A stretch of DNA of 64,000 bases from Mobula hypostoma (GCF_963921235.1 NC_086098.1:37510001-37574000), one strand, 5' to 3'. Positions 36,736-49,332 are shown, counted from the stretch's first letter. A program made the numbers and translations. Notes: generated by a model not told the origin, from the sequence alone.

Positions 36736-38179
36736 GGAGCCTCCGGGTAGTGGCGAGCTCTCGACTCGGCCTGGGAACAGCAGACAGCGGTTCTTGATTC
36801 CCTCCAGCGGGTTAACTGATGGACCCACCTTGATGAGGAAACTCTGCAGGCTCGCTTCGGCAAGGTAACGGGACAGGGTTGCTCCGGTGACGAAGGGCGA
36901 ATTACCGGCACTCGCTTCGGCAGAGACTAGGCTTGCTCCGGCTGGATGACATCGGCACGCCGTGACTTTGCAGACGCTCCCGCGCTGAACGGCTGAAAGC
37001 CGGAGACTATAAACTACCAGTTCAGCCGAGCGTTAATTGCCTCTAATCACCAAAGTTGAGGGACACAGGAAAACAGGGAATCAACAGTCCGGATCGTAAC
37101 ATAAACAAGGTAAAATTAAAGGGACCCCGATCCGGACCATGACAGAGAAGGGGCTTTCATTGATGTCATATCATTCATTGCATCAAATCGGGCGTAGAAG
37201 GCATTCAGTTGCAGCCGTCGCTGTCACTGATGCGCAGGGTGGGCTTGTAATCTGTTATGGTTTGTATATCTTGCCACGTATGGCATGTGTCCCTGGTGTC
37301 ACAAAGGTGTCTGAATATTCTGTGAGTACTCTCGCTTTGCCTTCCCGATGGTACAGGTGAGTACGACTCTTACTGACCTTAGAGTCATCTTACCCCCAAT
37401 CTGAAGGCAGCAACCCTTGACACTCCCAGAGAAAAAATCCTCTTCATTACAGTATTCAGAAACGAAGTCCCTAAACCTAGATATCCCTGTGAGTGGCATT
37501 CCACTCCTTGAGGAGAATAACACAGATTGATCAACATGACAGACATATATTAAGTGGACACCAAGGAGATGCACTAGGCACAGCTTCGTTTTAAACAAAG
37601 AAGGAAGAATTTTACACTCCCATTCTGAGCCTGGTTGAGGAGAGGTGGACGCTGTGCTCAGTGGAATTTGGCAGCTTGAGTGTAAGGAACAGGCACTCTC
37701 TTTCTGAAGCAGCAAAGTATGCTTACTCATTATGAGAACGATACTGGAAAGCAGCGGGATTTAACTTCTTCCTGGAATCACCAACACCATTTTGGTGAAA
37801 AAATTGCTATAAGTGGCCAAGTTACAGAGGCAGGACAACTGGGAATTTAGTCAGCACATCAATTTACCTACAGTGCTGTAGTTCCGCCCATCACCTTCCC
37901 TTTCTACCACCACAACCTCGCTCATGTCCAGTCAGACTGCCTAGCCGTAGGCCTCAGTAATAGCCTGCTACATCCTCCCTACCCTTTGCATGGAAAGGTC
38001 ATGCCACTGAGGCAGGCAATGATTAACTCCAGAGTGGCACTGCCCCAAAGCCATGAAATGACCGCTTCCCCGTGCCCATGCTGTGCTGCACGGTAACTCA
38101 GGTGGTGCCTTAACTCGCAAGGTATTTCCAGTCTGCTACTCTGATATTACCTGTGTCTCACGAGGACCGTGGGTTCAAA

Positions 38180-41100
38180 ATCAGAATCAGCTTTATTATC
38201 ACTGGCATGTGACGTGAAATTTATTAACTTAGCAGCAGCTGTTCAATGCAATACATAATACAGAAGGGGAAAAAAACAAAATAAAATAATAACAACAACT
38301 AAATCAATTACGGTATACGTATATTGAATAGATTAAAAATCGTGCAAAAGAACAGAAATACTATATATTAAAAAAAGTGAGGTAGTGTCCAAGGGTTCAA
38401 TGTCCATTTAGGAATCAGATGGCAGAGTGAAAGAAGCTGTTCCTGAATCACTGAGTGTGTGCCTTCAGGCTTCTGTACCTCCTACCTGATGGTAACGGTG
38501 AGAAAAGGGCATACCCTGGGTGCTGGAGGTCCTTAATAATGGACACTGCCTTTCTGAGACACTGCTCCCTGAAGATGTCCTGGGTACTTTGTAGGATAGT
38601 ACCCAAGATGGAGCCGACTAAATTTACAACCCTCTGCAGCTTCTTTCTGTCCTGTGTAGTAGCCCCCCCCCCCATACCAGACAGTGATGCAGCCTGTCAG
38701 AATACTCTCCACGGTACATCTATAGAAGTTTTTGAGTGTATTTCAAACTCTTCAAACACCTAATGAAGTATAGCTGCTGTCTTGCCTTCTTTATAACTGC
38801 ATCGATATTTGGGACCAGATTAGATCCTCAGAGATCTTGACACCCAGGAACTTGAAGCTGCTCACTCTCTCCACTTCTGATCCCTCTATGAGGATTGGTA
38901 TGTGATCCTTCATCTTACCCTTCTGGAAGTCCACAATCAGCTCTTTTGTCTTACTGACGTTGAGTGCCAGGTTGTGCTGCATATCTCACTCCTGTATGTC
39001 CTCTCGTCACTACCTGAGATTCTACCAACAATGGTTGTATCGTCAGCAAATTTATAGATGGTATTTGAGCTATGTCTAGCCACAGAGTCATGTGTACATT
39101 GAGAGTAGAGCAGTGGGCTAAGTACACACCCCTGTGGTGCACCAGTGTTGATCGTCAGCGAGGAGGAGAATTTATCACTAACCCGCACAGAATGTGGTCT
39201 TCTGGTTAGGAAGTCGAGGATCCAATGCAGAGGGAGGTACAGAGGCCCAGGTTCTGCAACTTCTCAATCAGGATTGTGGGAATGATATTAAATGCTGAGC
39301 TATAGTCGATGAACTGCATCCTGACATAGGTATTTGTGTTGTCCAGGTGGTCTAGAAACATAGAAACATAGAAAACCTACAGCACAGTACAGTCCCTTCG
39401 GCCCACAGAGTTGTGCCAAACATGTCCCTACCTTAGAAATTACTAAGGCTTACCTATAGCCCTCTATTTTTCTAAGCTCCATGTACCTATCCAGGAGCCT
39501 CTTAAGGTATCCGCCTCCACCACCATTGCTGACAGCCCATTCCACGCACTCACCACTTTCTGCGTAAAAAACTTACATCTCCTCTGTACCTTAAAACTGT
39601 GCCCTCTTGTGGCAGCCATTTCAGCCCTGGGAAAAAGCCTCTGACTATCCACATGATCAATGCCTCTCATCATCTTATACACCTCTGTCAGGTCACCTCT
39701 CATCCTCCATCGCTCCAAGGAGAAAAGGCTGAGTTCACTCAACCTGTTTTCATAAGGCATGCTCCCCAATCCAGGCAACATCCTTGTAAATCTCCTCTGC
39801 ACCCTTTCTATGGTTTCCACATCATTCCTGTAGTGAGGCGACCAGAACTGAGCACAGTACTCCAAGTGGGGTCTGACCAGGGTCCTATAAAGCTATAACA
39901 TTACCTCTCGGCTCCTAAATTCAATTCCACGATTGATGATGGCCAATACACCGTATGCCTTCTTAACCACAGAGCCAACCTGTGTAGCTGCTTTGAGTGT
40001 CCTATGCACTCAGACCCCAAGATCCTTCTGGTCCTCCACACTGCCAAGAGTCTTACCATTAATACAGGTACTATATTCTGCCATCATATTTGACCTACCA
40101 AAATTAACCACTTCACACTTATCTGAGTTGAGACTTATCTGGGTTCACACTTATCACATCTAAAGCCGTGTGGAGAGCCACGTTTGCCGTTGACCTATTG
40201 TGGCGATAGGCAAATTGCAATGGGTCCAGGTCCTTGCTGAGGCAGGAGTTCAGTTTAGCCATGACCAACCTCTCAAGACATTTCATCACAATAGATGTGA
40301 ATGCTACCGGGCGATAGTCATTAAGGCAGCTCACATTATTCTTCTTAGGTACTGGTATAATTGCTGCCTTTTTGAAGCAAGTGAGAACTTCCGCTCGTAG
40401 CAGTGAGAGGTTGAAAGTGTCCTTGAATACTCCTGCCAATTGGTTGGCACAGGTTTTCAGAGCCTTACTCCATCAAGACCTTTTGCCTTGCGAGGGTTCA
40501 CTCTCTTTAAAGACAGCCTGACATCGGCCTAAGAAACAGAGATCACAGGGTCATCAGGTGCAGCAGGGATCTTCACAGCTGTAGTTGTGTTCTCCCTTTC
40601 AAAGCGGGCATAGAAGACATTGAGTTCATCTGGTAGTGAAGCATCGCTGCCATTCATGCTGTTGGGTTTCGCTTTGTAGGAAGTAATGTCTTGCAGACCC
40701 TGCCAGAGTTGCTGTGCATCCGATGTCACCTCCAACCTTGGAAATTGTCTCTTCACCCTTGAAATAGCCCTCCACAAATCATACCTGGTTTTCTGGTACG
40801 GGCCTGGGTCACTAGACTTGAATGCCACAGATCTGGCCTTCAGCAGATGACGTACCTCCTGGTTCATCCACAGCTTTTAGTTTGGGAATGTGCAGTAAGT
40901 CTTTGTGGGCACACACGCATCCACACAGGTTTTAATGAAGTTGCTAACAACTGCAGCATACTCATCCAGATTCGAAGATGAATCCCTGAATACAGTCCAG
41001 TCCACCAATTCAAAGCAGTCCTGTAGGCGCTCCTGTGCTTCCCGTGTCCAAACCTTCTTGGTCCTCACTACTGGTGCTGCAGACTTCAGTCTCTGCCTAT

Positions 41101-41335
41101 ACTCAGGGAGTAGAAGTACAGCCAGGTGATCAGACTTCCCGAAGTGAGGGTATGGAATAGCATGGTAGGCATTCCTGATGGTGGTATAGCAATGGTCCAT
41201 TGTGTTGCTTCCTCTGGTATTGCAAGTGATGTGTTGATGGTAGTTGCTTAGTGATATTTTCAAACTAGCCTGGTTAAAATCTCCCAAAACGATGGCGAAG
41301 GCTTTAGGATGCACTGTTCGGATTCGTTCCTTGAA
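38180..41335 (-). mobile_element. Rex1/Babar-type LINE (EN-RT remnant), split by a CR1 at 39355-40160
   Basis: ORFs show [82 protein letters not shown]. (GATTCT)n tail at about 38180. Confidence 0.9.
39355..40130 (-). mobile_element. CR1 LINE 3' fragment nested in Rex
   Basis: LEYCAQFWSPHYR..RVQRRFTRMLPGL..RGDL and (TTTCTATG)n tail at 39355-39375. TCTA is duplicated at the junctions. Confidence 0.9.
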
Positions 41336-41624
41336 GCCTGCCCTATCAGAACATGGACTGCAGCAGAAAATCAAGATATCTGTTCCCAAAATTATGAACA
41401 ATAATGTGCAGGTGCCTGTAAAAGTAGTAGGATAAAATTTCCTATCAACATACAATAAGGATTAGTGTTAAATCCAAGTGGTTATATCGGCTCAATGTTC
41501 AATGCACATAGAACTGCCATCTGATATCTTCTAATGCATCTTCCCTTACTACTGAAAATTAAAGGACAATATGAACTTAGACAATGCTTTTTACTAATTC
41601 AGGAGATCTCTGGACATCTCAAAG

Positions 41625-41990
41625 CACCTTATTGAAAGGCTCAGATAGAGTGGACAATGAGAGGATGCTTCAAATAGTGGGAGCACATAGCACCAGGGGG
41701 CCCAAACTCAGAACACAAGGACTTCCCTTTGGAATGGAGATGAGGAGGAATTTCTCTAGCCAGAGGGTGGTGAACCTGTAGAGCTCATTGCCACAGAGAG
41801 CTGTGGAGGCCAAGTCATTGGGCATATCCAAAGCAGAGGCTGATAGATTCTTAGTAAGGGCGTCACAGGTTACCAGGAGAAGGCAGAGTGGAGTTGAGAT
41901 AGAAAATAAATCAACTATGATCAAATGGCAGAACAAACTTGATGAGCTGAATGGTCTAATTCTGCTATTCCTTAGGGTCTTATGGGTTAC
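41625..41990 (+). mobile_element. CR1 3' end
   Basis: EMRRNFSSQRVVNL and a typical CR1 3' UTR. Confidence 0.8.
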
Positions 41991-42049
41991 AGCCAATGAA
42001 AAAGGTTTAAAATACGTATCGTCATGAAGTAGGAAAGTGACAGGAAATT

Positions 42050-42447
42050 TACATGCTGCAAGACCTCACTTGCACCAACACCATGATGAGATAGAAAGAG
42101 TCCTCTCTGCTGTGCATTAATTAGGCAGAGGAACCAAATTACATCATTAGAGCGACAGAAGTTGAACTTCTGCCACAAACTTTTTAAGTGATATTTATAA
42201 AGGAGTAAGTGTTGACCACACCAGAAAGAAATAACTCCCATGCTTTTCTTTGAAACATTGCCATGTGGTCCGAGAGGCAAGAGGACACAGTTGTGCATCA
42301 ATCGGAAAGTTGCCCATCATTCAGAAACAAGTCTCCTTAGCTGTAGGGATTCAGTGCGGCTTTTTGAGCTCAAGTCACGGAACTGGGACTTGAACTCTCA
42401 ACACTCTGACTGAGGAAAGTGTGCGACCTGTTTGGCCATGGCTGACT
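42050..42447 (-). mobile_element. Ancient DeuSINE-like relic
   Basis: GCTCAAGTC..TGGGACTTGAACTC..CTGACT antisense tRNA-like head plus TGCCATG..CCGAGAGGCA body. Confidence 0.45.
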
Positions 42448-42602
42448 GAATAAGAGACTGAATAAGAGATAATACATAGCAACAGTCAAGACTCCTTTCA
42501 AGAATAACTTACAGATCAGCTTTTCGGGCAGATGCCGCTTTTAGTTTTGAAAGGCTCAATGACCAAGTAACTTAGAAGTGCAACTTACCTTATTGCTAGA
42601 TC

Positions 42603-42850
42603 AAAAGTCAAAGTCTGTCCCGAGCCTTTGTGGCCCATCAGGCTGGTGCTTACGCCGGTTTCTGTAGCGTGAAGCAACTGAGACTATGAGACTCCCCACT
42701 GGATAGGACGCCAGTCTATTGTGAGGTTAACCCCCAACATTTACCAGTACCCATTTTCAGCTGGGTGGACTGGAGCAGTGTGTGGTTAAGTGCCTTGCTC
42801 AAAGACACAACCTGCTGCCTTGGCCGGGACTCGAACCCACGACCTTCAGG
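42603..42850 (-). mobile_element. tRNA-derived SINE (5'-truncated)
   Basis: B box GGTTCGAGTCC (42827-42837). Head homologous to 9069-9145, body GTCCACCCAGCTGAAAATGGGTAC, (GACTTT)n tail. Confidence 0.8.
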
Positions 42851-42859
42851 TTGTCCAGT

Positions 42860-43640
42860 ACCCCTCAGTTTAATCCTAGCCTAATCAAGGGACAATTTAC
42901 AATGACCAATTAACCCACCGAAAGAGGCTTTGCTGCAACTGTACAGGTTACTGGTGAGGCCACACCTGGAGTACTACATGCAGTTCTGGTCCCCTTACTT
43001 GAGGAAGGATATACAGGCTTTGGAGATGGTGCAGAGGAGGTTCACCAGGTTGATTCCAGAGATAAGGGGGTAAACTATGAGGGGAGATTGAGTCACCTGG
43101 GACTGTACTCACTGGTACTCAGAAGAATGAGAGGAGATCTTATAGAAACATAAAAAGACATAAAAAAGGGATAGATAAGATAGAGGCAGGAAAGTTGTTT
43201 TCACTGGTAGGTGAGACTAGAACTAGGGGACATAGCCTCGAGATTCGGGGGAGTAGATTTAGGACTGAGATGAGGAAGAACTGCTTTTCCCAGAGGGTGG
43301 TGAATCTGTGGAATTCTCTGCCTACTGAAGCAGTGGAGGCTACCTCAGTAAATATACTTAAGACAAGGTTGGATAGATTTTTGTATAGGAGGGGAATTAA
43401 GGGTTATGGGGAAAAGGCAGACAGTGGAGATGAGTCCATGGCCAGATCAGCCATGATCTTATTGAACGGCAGAGCAGGCTCGACAGGCCAGATGGCTGAC
43501 TCCTGCTCCGGTACATCTTTGGACAGTGGGAGGGAACCAGAGCACCCGAAGGAAACTCACGCAGTCACAGGGATAAAGTTCAAACTCCATGAACTCAGGT
43601 CGCTGGTACTATAAAGCGTTGTGCTAACCACTACACTACC
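42860..43640 (-). mobile_element. HE1/V-SINE-like element split by a CR1 (42860-42920 plus 43509-43640)
   Basis: GGTAGTGTAGTGGTTAGC tRNA head on the minus strand and an antisense GGGTTTCC..GGGTGCTC..GGTT-type V-domain. Confidence 0.65.
42921..43508 (+). mobile_element. CR1 3' fragment inserted in a SINE
   Basis: LVRPHLEY, TRGHSLEIRG..FSQRVVNLWNSLP. SINE halves lie on either side. Confidence 0.85.
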
Positions 43641-44754
43641 TATACACATCAGCTTGATGTGACACATTCTCTTGTGAAAGGTAAACACTGTTTTATCTTC
43701 AAATATAATTATAATAAGAATAGCAGGAAAAATAACAGCAGGTCCTTGGATATTACTGCAAGTAAAGTTCTGTGATGTCTTCAGTCTTGAAGGTATCCCT
43801 CATGAAACGGTCTTGCTGATCCAGTTTGATTATCGATAATTTATACTGGAATAAGAACTGAATTTAAGCATGAATGAACATATCCCCTGAGTACAAACCT
43901 GAAAATGTTATGGCTTTATGAAATATTGTCCACTTCCAAGTCACATGTGGAAATCCTATTCCCCCCCCCCCCCACCTTCGGGGAGCTGTACTTAGTGCTG
44001 CTGCAGTAATTGTCTGGACTTCATGTCAATGGATCTTAGCAGAATTATTGTTTCCCTTTGTGACATTCCCCTGTAATTGTCCCTGTTGCTTTAGATTTAA
44101 TTTAGACATGAATTTCCTCTTTTATTGCTGGTTTGCCCTTTAAGCCTGCCAACATCTGCACCTGAATTCATGAATAAAGACTCAGATGAACTGACCCCGG
44201 AAATATAAGTGCACTTAATACATTATCAATCAAACAGAATTCGATCCACTTTTAACCTTTTGCATACTATTCACGTCTATAAACACTCAGTTCTTTATAT
44301 ATATACTAATGACTGCTGAGTAAAAGAATCCAAATCATATTTGACCCAATTTAACATTGATACTCGACATCTCAGTACAGTTAATTATTGTAGTGTTGAT
44401 TATACTGCAAAACAGACACCATCACAATAAAAAAAATCCACAACAGAGCACGATACATTGATAGCTTTTAAACCGCCAAAGGAAGATAAAAAAGATAATA
44501 CTGAACTTTATCCTAAATCATCTTATAGCAAATTATATAAAAAGAAATAACTGGTGCAAAGTCATGAAGAATACTGCCTCTCAATATCCATATAATCCTT
44601 CACCACAACCTGCGCTTGTGTAATTATCCACAATTATCAACATGTATGTTTTCTGTTTAAAACATATAATTCAGGCCCTCATGCACTCCTCCTCACTGCC
44701 TGCACAATATAGCTGGTTTCGGATACAAGAGTAACATTTTAATAAACAGGACCG

Positions 44755-45160
44755 ATTCTCTGATGAATTTCAAGTCGCTGACCCTCTCCACCTCTGACCC
44801 TCTGATGAGGACTGGCTCGTGGCCCTCTGGTTTCCTTCTCCTGAAGTCAACAATCAGCTCCTTGGTCTTGCTGACACTGACTGAGAGCTTGTTACTGCGG
44901 CACCACTCACCCAGATTTTTAATTTCCCTCCTATATGCTGATCCAGCCAGCAACAGTGGTGTTGTCAGCAAACTTATGTATGGCATTAGCCTCACAGTCG
45001 TAAGTGTAAAGTGAGCAGAACAGGGGGCTACGCACACAGCCCTGTGGTGCACCTGTGCTGATGGAGATTGTGGTGGTGATGTTGTTCCCAGTCTGAAATG
45101 ACTGGGGTCTGCAAGTGTGGAAATTGAGGATTCAAGTTCACGAGGAGGTATTGAGGCCAA
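44755..45160 (-). mobile_element. Rex RT fragment
   Basis: [35 protein letters not shown]. Confidence 0.8.
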
Positions 45161-45334
45161 GTTTCTCCTGCAAATGCCTCATGAAATATTGCTCCAAAAT
45201 TGATTAAGCCATGATCTGCTGAAAGACAGGGATTTGCTTAAAGCCATCGAGATGTACTCCCAGTGCTGTGTTGATCCTTCTGTTATTGTAACTACTGTAG
45301 ATGTTAAGACTATCAGTGATGCAGCAAGACAGGA

Positions 45335-45832
45335 CTATCAAGGGTGTCTTGTCTGGCTGGCTTATTGTGTGGTACAGAAGCTGCACGCCATTGGACTGTA
45401 AGACCGACAGAGGATCGTAAAAACCACCGAGAGGACCACAGGGGTTTCCTCCCCCCCATCTGTGACATTTACTTGGAGTATTGTTGAGAATTCCTACCAC
45501 CCATCCTACAACCTCTTTGACTCACTACTATCAGGAAGGAGATACAGGAGCATCAGGACTAGGACTGCCAGACTTGGTAACAATTTCTTCCATCAGGCTG
45601 TGAAGCTAATGAATACCCTGCCACCGATGAGGTCTCGTTACTAGGACAGTGAGCTGTTTACTGTACTGTTAACCCACGCTGCACACTACATGCACTTTTA
45701 ATCTTATTGATTTATTTGTGGTAATATGGTTTTATGTGCTGCGTGAGTTATATATCTTATGGCTGAGGAACATTGTTTCATTTGGTCATATGTATTTACA
45801 GTCAGATGACATTAAAACTGAACTTGAACTTC
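45335..45832 (+). mobile_element. Rex 3' end
   Basis: LFDSLLSGRRYRSIRTRTARLGNNFF and a (TGAACT)n tail. Confidence 0.8.
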
Positions 45833-48254
45833 AACTATCATAAACATATTAACATTTAAAGAGGATACTTCTTCCAGGAATCCTCTTTAAACTATGACTA
45901 TGTCCATGATAGTCGTAATAGCCAGTTAAAAAGAGGGAATTCAGAGAAGATTCACCAGACAGGTTCCTGAAAATGCAAGGCCAGATTCCTATTTTCTACT
46001 TCAAAAGAATAAGAACTGATTTCATTGAAGGATACAAAATTCTTCAAGATCTCTTTGTGATAGGTTAAGCCATGATCTGTTAAAAGGCAGAGCAAGCTTG
46101 CGGGGCTAAATGGCCTACTCCTGTAATGTTTCCTATGTCTGCCCTAGTTCCACCAAACTTTCAAAAGTACGTTGGGGCCAGATTAGTTTGCCTCAAGTAA
46201 TCAGAAGTGGTCACAGGCCTTGTACCTCACTGTCTGATCTCAGTGTTTGCCATCCATGCCCATATCACTCTGGCCTAGATGAGTTTCTGTCCTTTACAAA
46301 TGTCTTAGTTTGGTACGTAATGGAAAAAAGAAAAAATAGTGCATAACAGGCAGTTTGAACACTCCATGATTTTCTGTTAACAATGTAAACCCCCTCACTT
46401 AACTGTCGTTTCCTGCTATTCTCTTTAGAATTTGATCTGTAATGAGGATAGGCAGATATGGGATAAAACTACACAGCAATCAAAGCTGTTACATTATCTG
46501 CTGGGTAATACTTGGTATACCAGGCTTAGGTCATACATTCCAATATCAGTTCAAAGCAGGAGCCACGAGTTCAATTCCCACCAAGGAAATGAAGCACTTA
46601 AGTAGTGATGAAATCAAACAGCTCACTCAGTATCAGTGAGAACAAACAGCTAGGATGTTTTAAAAGGCAATTTAATTCACTACTATTCTTCAGGGACGGA
46701 CATTTGTTGCCCTAATTCAGTCTAACTTGTCTCTGACTTCTGGCTTGGTCGTCAACTACCAAAAAATTAGCCACTCCTAGCAATATAATGAACTCTTAAT
46801 TGGCCTCTCAAATGACCCAGCAAACCATTTAGCTCAGCATGTAGATATAATAAACGTAGCTTGCCAGAAATTGCCCACATCTCATGAATAAATAATTGAA
46901 AATTATAAAATAAAATTAATATTCTCTCAGTACAATTAAAGTTTTATTTTTATCTAAAACATTATTAGATAAAAAATGTTTACATTATCTTCACAACTTC
47001 TGTGATAGCTTATGACTGGTTGCTGTAAAAATCACAAGGATGCTGCGAATGTCAGCCTCTTCAATAAGAATAGCTAGTTTTGCACTTAAGAAGGGAAACT
47101 ACTTCTAATCAGCTGCAAAACATATTTGAGATCAATAGAAGGCTACTCTTAAGGTCTTAATTAAACCACAGACTTTTCTAATCCTTATTCAAGATTACCA
47201 GGCTCTCACAATTGTACTCTGAAAGTAATCAAGCCATTGTAGAAATCCAGATAGCAGATTCCAAGGACCCACAGCTGGTTTCTGACGTGAGTAACTTACT
47301 TTAATTATCCCTCTACCTTGGAGTGTAGTTAATAGCCCTAGTTTATAAACCCTCTCTCTCTCTCTTTCACCCTCCAAATACTGCTGTGGAAATCAGAGAT
47401 TATTATTATTATTCCAGAATGATGGAAAGAGAGGAAAAGTGTAAGAAAAATATTTAAATAAAGTTAAGTAAATGTAACAGATATCGGTGGAGAAGATGAA
47501 ATGCAGCAAAGAATGCTGTAACAGAAACTTGAGCAATTAATCCCCTGTTTATCAATTTGGATGGTTTAGTCATTAAAGCCATTGTGGTACTGATCCAATT
47601 CAGAAGACTATACAGAGTGAGGCTCTGATAGCAGATTCGATAGAGGTAAGTGTCGGATCTTATTTTTTATAAGTATATTCAATATCATTGTCAAATAAAT
47701 ATCATTTGCCGGAAAGCAATCATAATAACAACCAAGTTTGTTATGTATCTCAGCCAAGTTAATATTTTGAGATAGTAGCTTTGGTAGTTTCATAGTTCTC
47801 TCTCTCTTTCAAATACAATTGGGAAGTAAAGGTCAAGTTATGAAATGCTTTCTGTCTGTTTGGTTCAGGGCTAAAAGGGTAAGTAAATAAATAAAATATG
47901 CTTTTTTTCAGGAACTTTTTTAAAAAAAAGTTGATGACTTGGTCCCAGAGGCAATTTTGTAGTAGCCTTTCCAGAGCACGTGTTCTGATGAATTCTGCAG
48001 ATGATTGGTAACTTTGTGAAGTGAATGAATGAGTCATGTGGATTGCGAAAGTCTCAGGTTCGACTTTGGGCTTGTATTGAATTTGCCGATCTCAGCCCAC
48101 AATGGTCTCTCACACATCGACTCTCACACTGACCTCCTCTCCCTCCCAGGGTAAGAGAGGGGAGCGTTGGCAGTATATCGATTTCAGATCGTTCTCCAAT
48201 AATTCCTGTGCCTCCCATGTTGGAACAGTAATCAGTCTCTGTAAGGTTCCCATC

Positions 48255-48488
48255 TGCAATGTTTTGTAACTTCAAAACATTAAACTAATTCAAAGGAAGG
48301 CACAGGAGTCCACAATGTGAGTCTAACTGTATTTATTTGTGAGATATGTATGTATCATGTGGAAGTGTGATGATGTATGTAATTCAGGTATTTGTACATA
48401 AACCCCTAATTATTGAAATGAACAAGAATACTTAAACAATATATTTACAAGATTACTCAAATATTACTGAAATATTAAATACACAACA
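48255..48488. mobile_element. Possible short solo LTR
   Basis: TG...CA ends with imperfect inverted termini (TGCAATGTTTTG / AAATACACAACA). No TSD found. Confidence 0.35.
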
Positions 48489-48524
48489 TGCTTTTCATTT
48501 TTTGTCATCAATATAGATAATAAA

Positions 48525-48905
48525 CACTCAGTGGCCATTTTATTAGCTATTCCTGTACACCTGCTCATTAAGACCATAAGACACAGGAGCAGAATTAGGC
48601 CATTTGCCCCATCGAGTCTGCTCTACCATTCAATCATAGCTGAAATAAAGCAAATATCTAATCCCCCAATTGTGAGACAGTAACTCAATGCATAAAGGCA
48701 TGCCGACGTGGATGAGACGTTCAGATAAGATTGTGGAAGAAATGTAATCTAAGTGACTTTGACTGTGGAATGATTGTTGGTACCAAATGGGGTGGCTTTA
48801 GTGTCTCAGAAACTGCTGATCTCCTGTGATATTTTTTTTCCACACACAACATTTGCTATAGTTTACAGAGAATGATATAAAAAGCAAATAAATCAGTAAG
48901 CTGTT
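48525..48905 (+). mobile_element. Tc1/mariner DNA transposon 5' fragment with a CR1 tail inserted (about 48569-48643)
   Basis: TIR-like CACTCAGTGGCCATTTTATTAG and a decayed transposase N-terminus KKCNLSDFDCGMIVG..SVSETADLL..VYRE. Confidence 0.7.
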
Positions 48906-49294
48906 TCCAAGATGGATTTCCAGCAATTTGCAGAAACTCTTGTGTTTATGGTATCCCACTTGTTGTCTTGGTGGTTCTCCAGTTTGAACACTCACAGCAA
49001 TGTAACCCCCTGCTCACACCACACGCTGCTGAGCTGGGAGTCTGGTTCAGTTCCCTGACCCCTGTGCAACAGCTGCACTCATTCACCCCGATTCAGAGTG
49101 AGTGGCTTCAGCCCGACCCACATGGTGAGCGTCTCTCTCGTCGTCTGATAGAAGCTGCTGCCTACGCTGGTTTCCTCCACGCCAGAAACCTCTCCACTGG
49201 GACAAAGCTTGGTGGTGGTTGTCAGCTATTGGGCTTCACACATCAAAGTTGCTGGTGAACGCAGCAGGCCAGGCAGCATCTCTGGGAAGAGGTA

Positions 49295-49332
49295 CAGTCG
49301 ACGTTTCGGGCCGAGACCCTTCGTCAGGACTA
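49295..49332 (-). ncRNA. Minimal type I hammerhead ribozyme, intact (mirror copy)
   Basis: Exact reverse complement of 49365-49402. Confidence 0.85.

Larger units (their letters stand above)
35911..37144 (-). mobile_element. Solo LTR (about 1234 bp) of an LTR retrotransposon (gypsy-like by appearance)
   Basis: TGTCA...TGACA termini, flanks GAGAG / GAGAA (4/5 TSD), interrupts contiguous Rex sequence, AATAAA on minus strand near 35990, GC-rich internal tandem repeats, no convincing ORF. Confidence 0.75.
30430..37335 (-). mobile_element. Rex1/Babar-type LINE remnant in three pieces (30430-31482, 35629-35910, 37145-37335)
   Basis: TTVVGLIGNND..VDKTQEVTVDFRK. YRPVALT is split exactly at the CR1 insertion. 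Also RRILARVNPFRAAEPHNI and LNAFYARFD. Confidence 0.8.

Noticed and set aside
42615-42650. Hammerhead-like CTGATG-GGCC-acaaa-GGCTC on the minus strand
   Set aside because: Lacks the GA after CUGAN and the GAAA box; it is the SINE 3' hairpin.
47608-47885. Plus-strand GTAAGT donors with possible 30-42 nt and 10-nt exons
   Set aside because: Weak acceptor or frame-breaking size; expected by chance in 64 kb.
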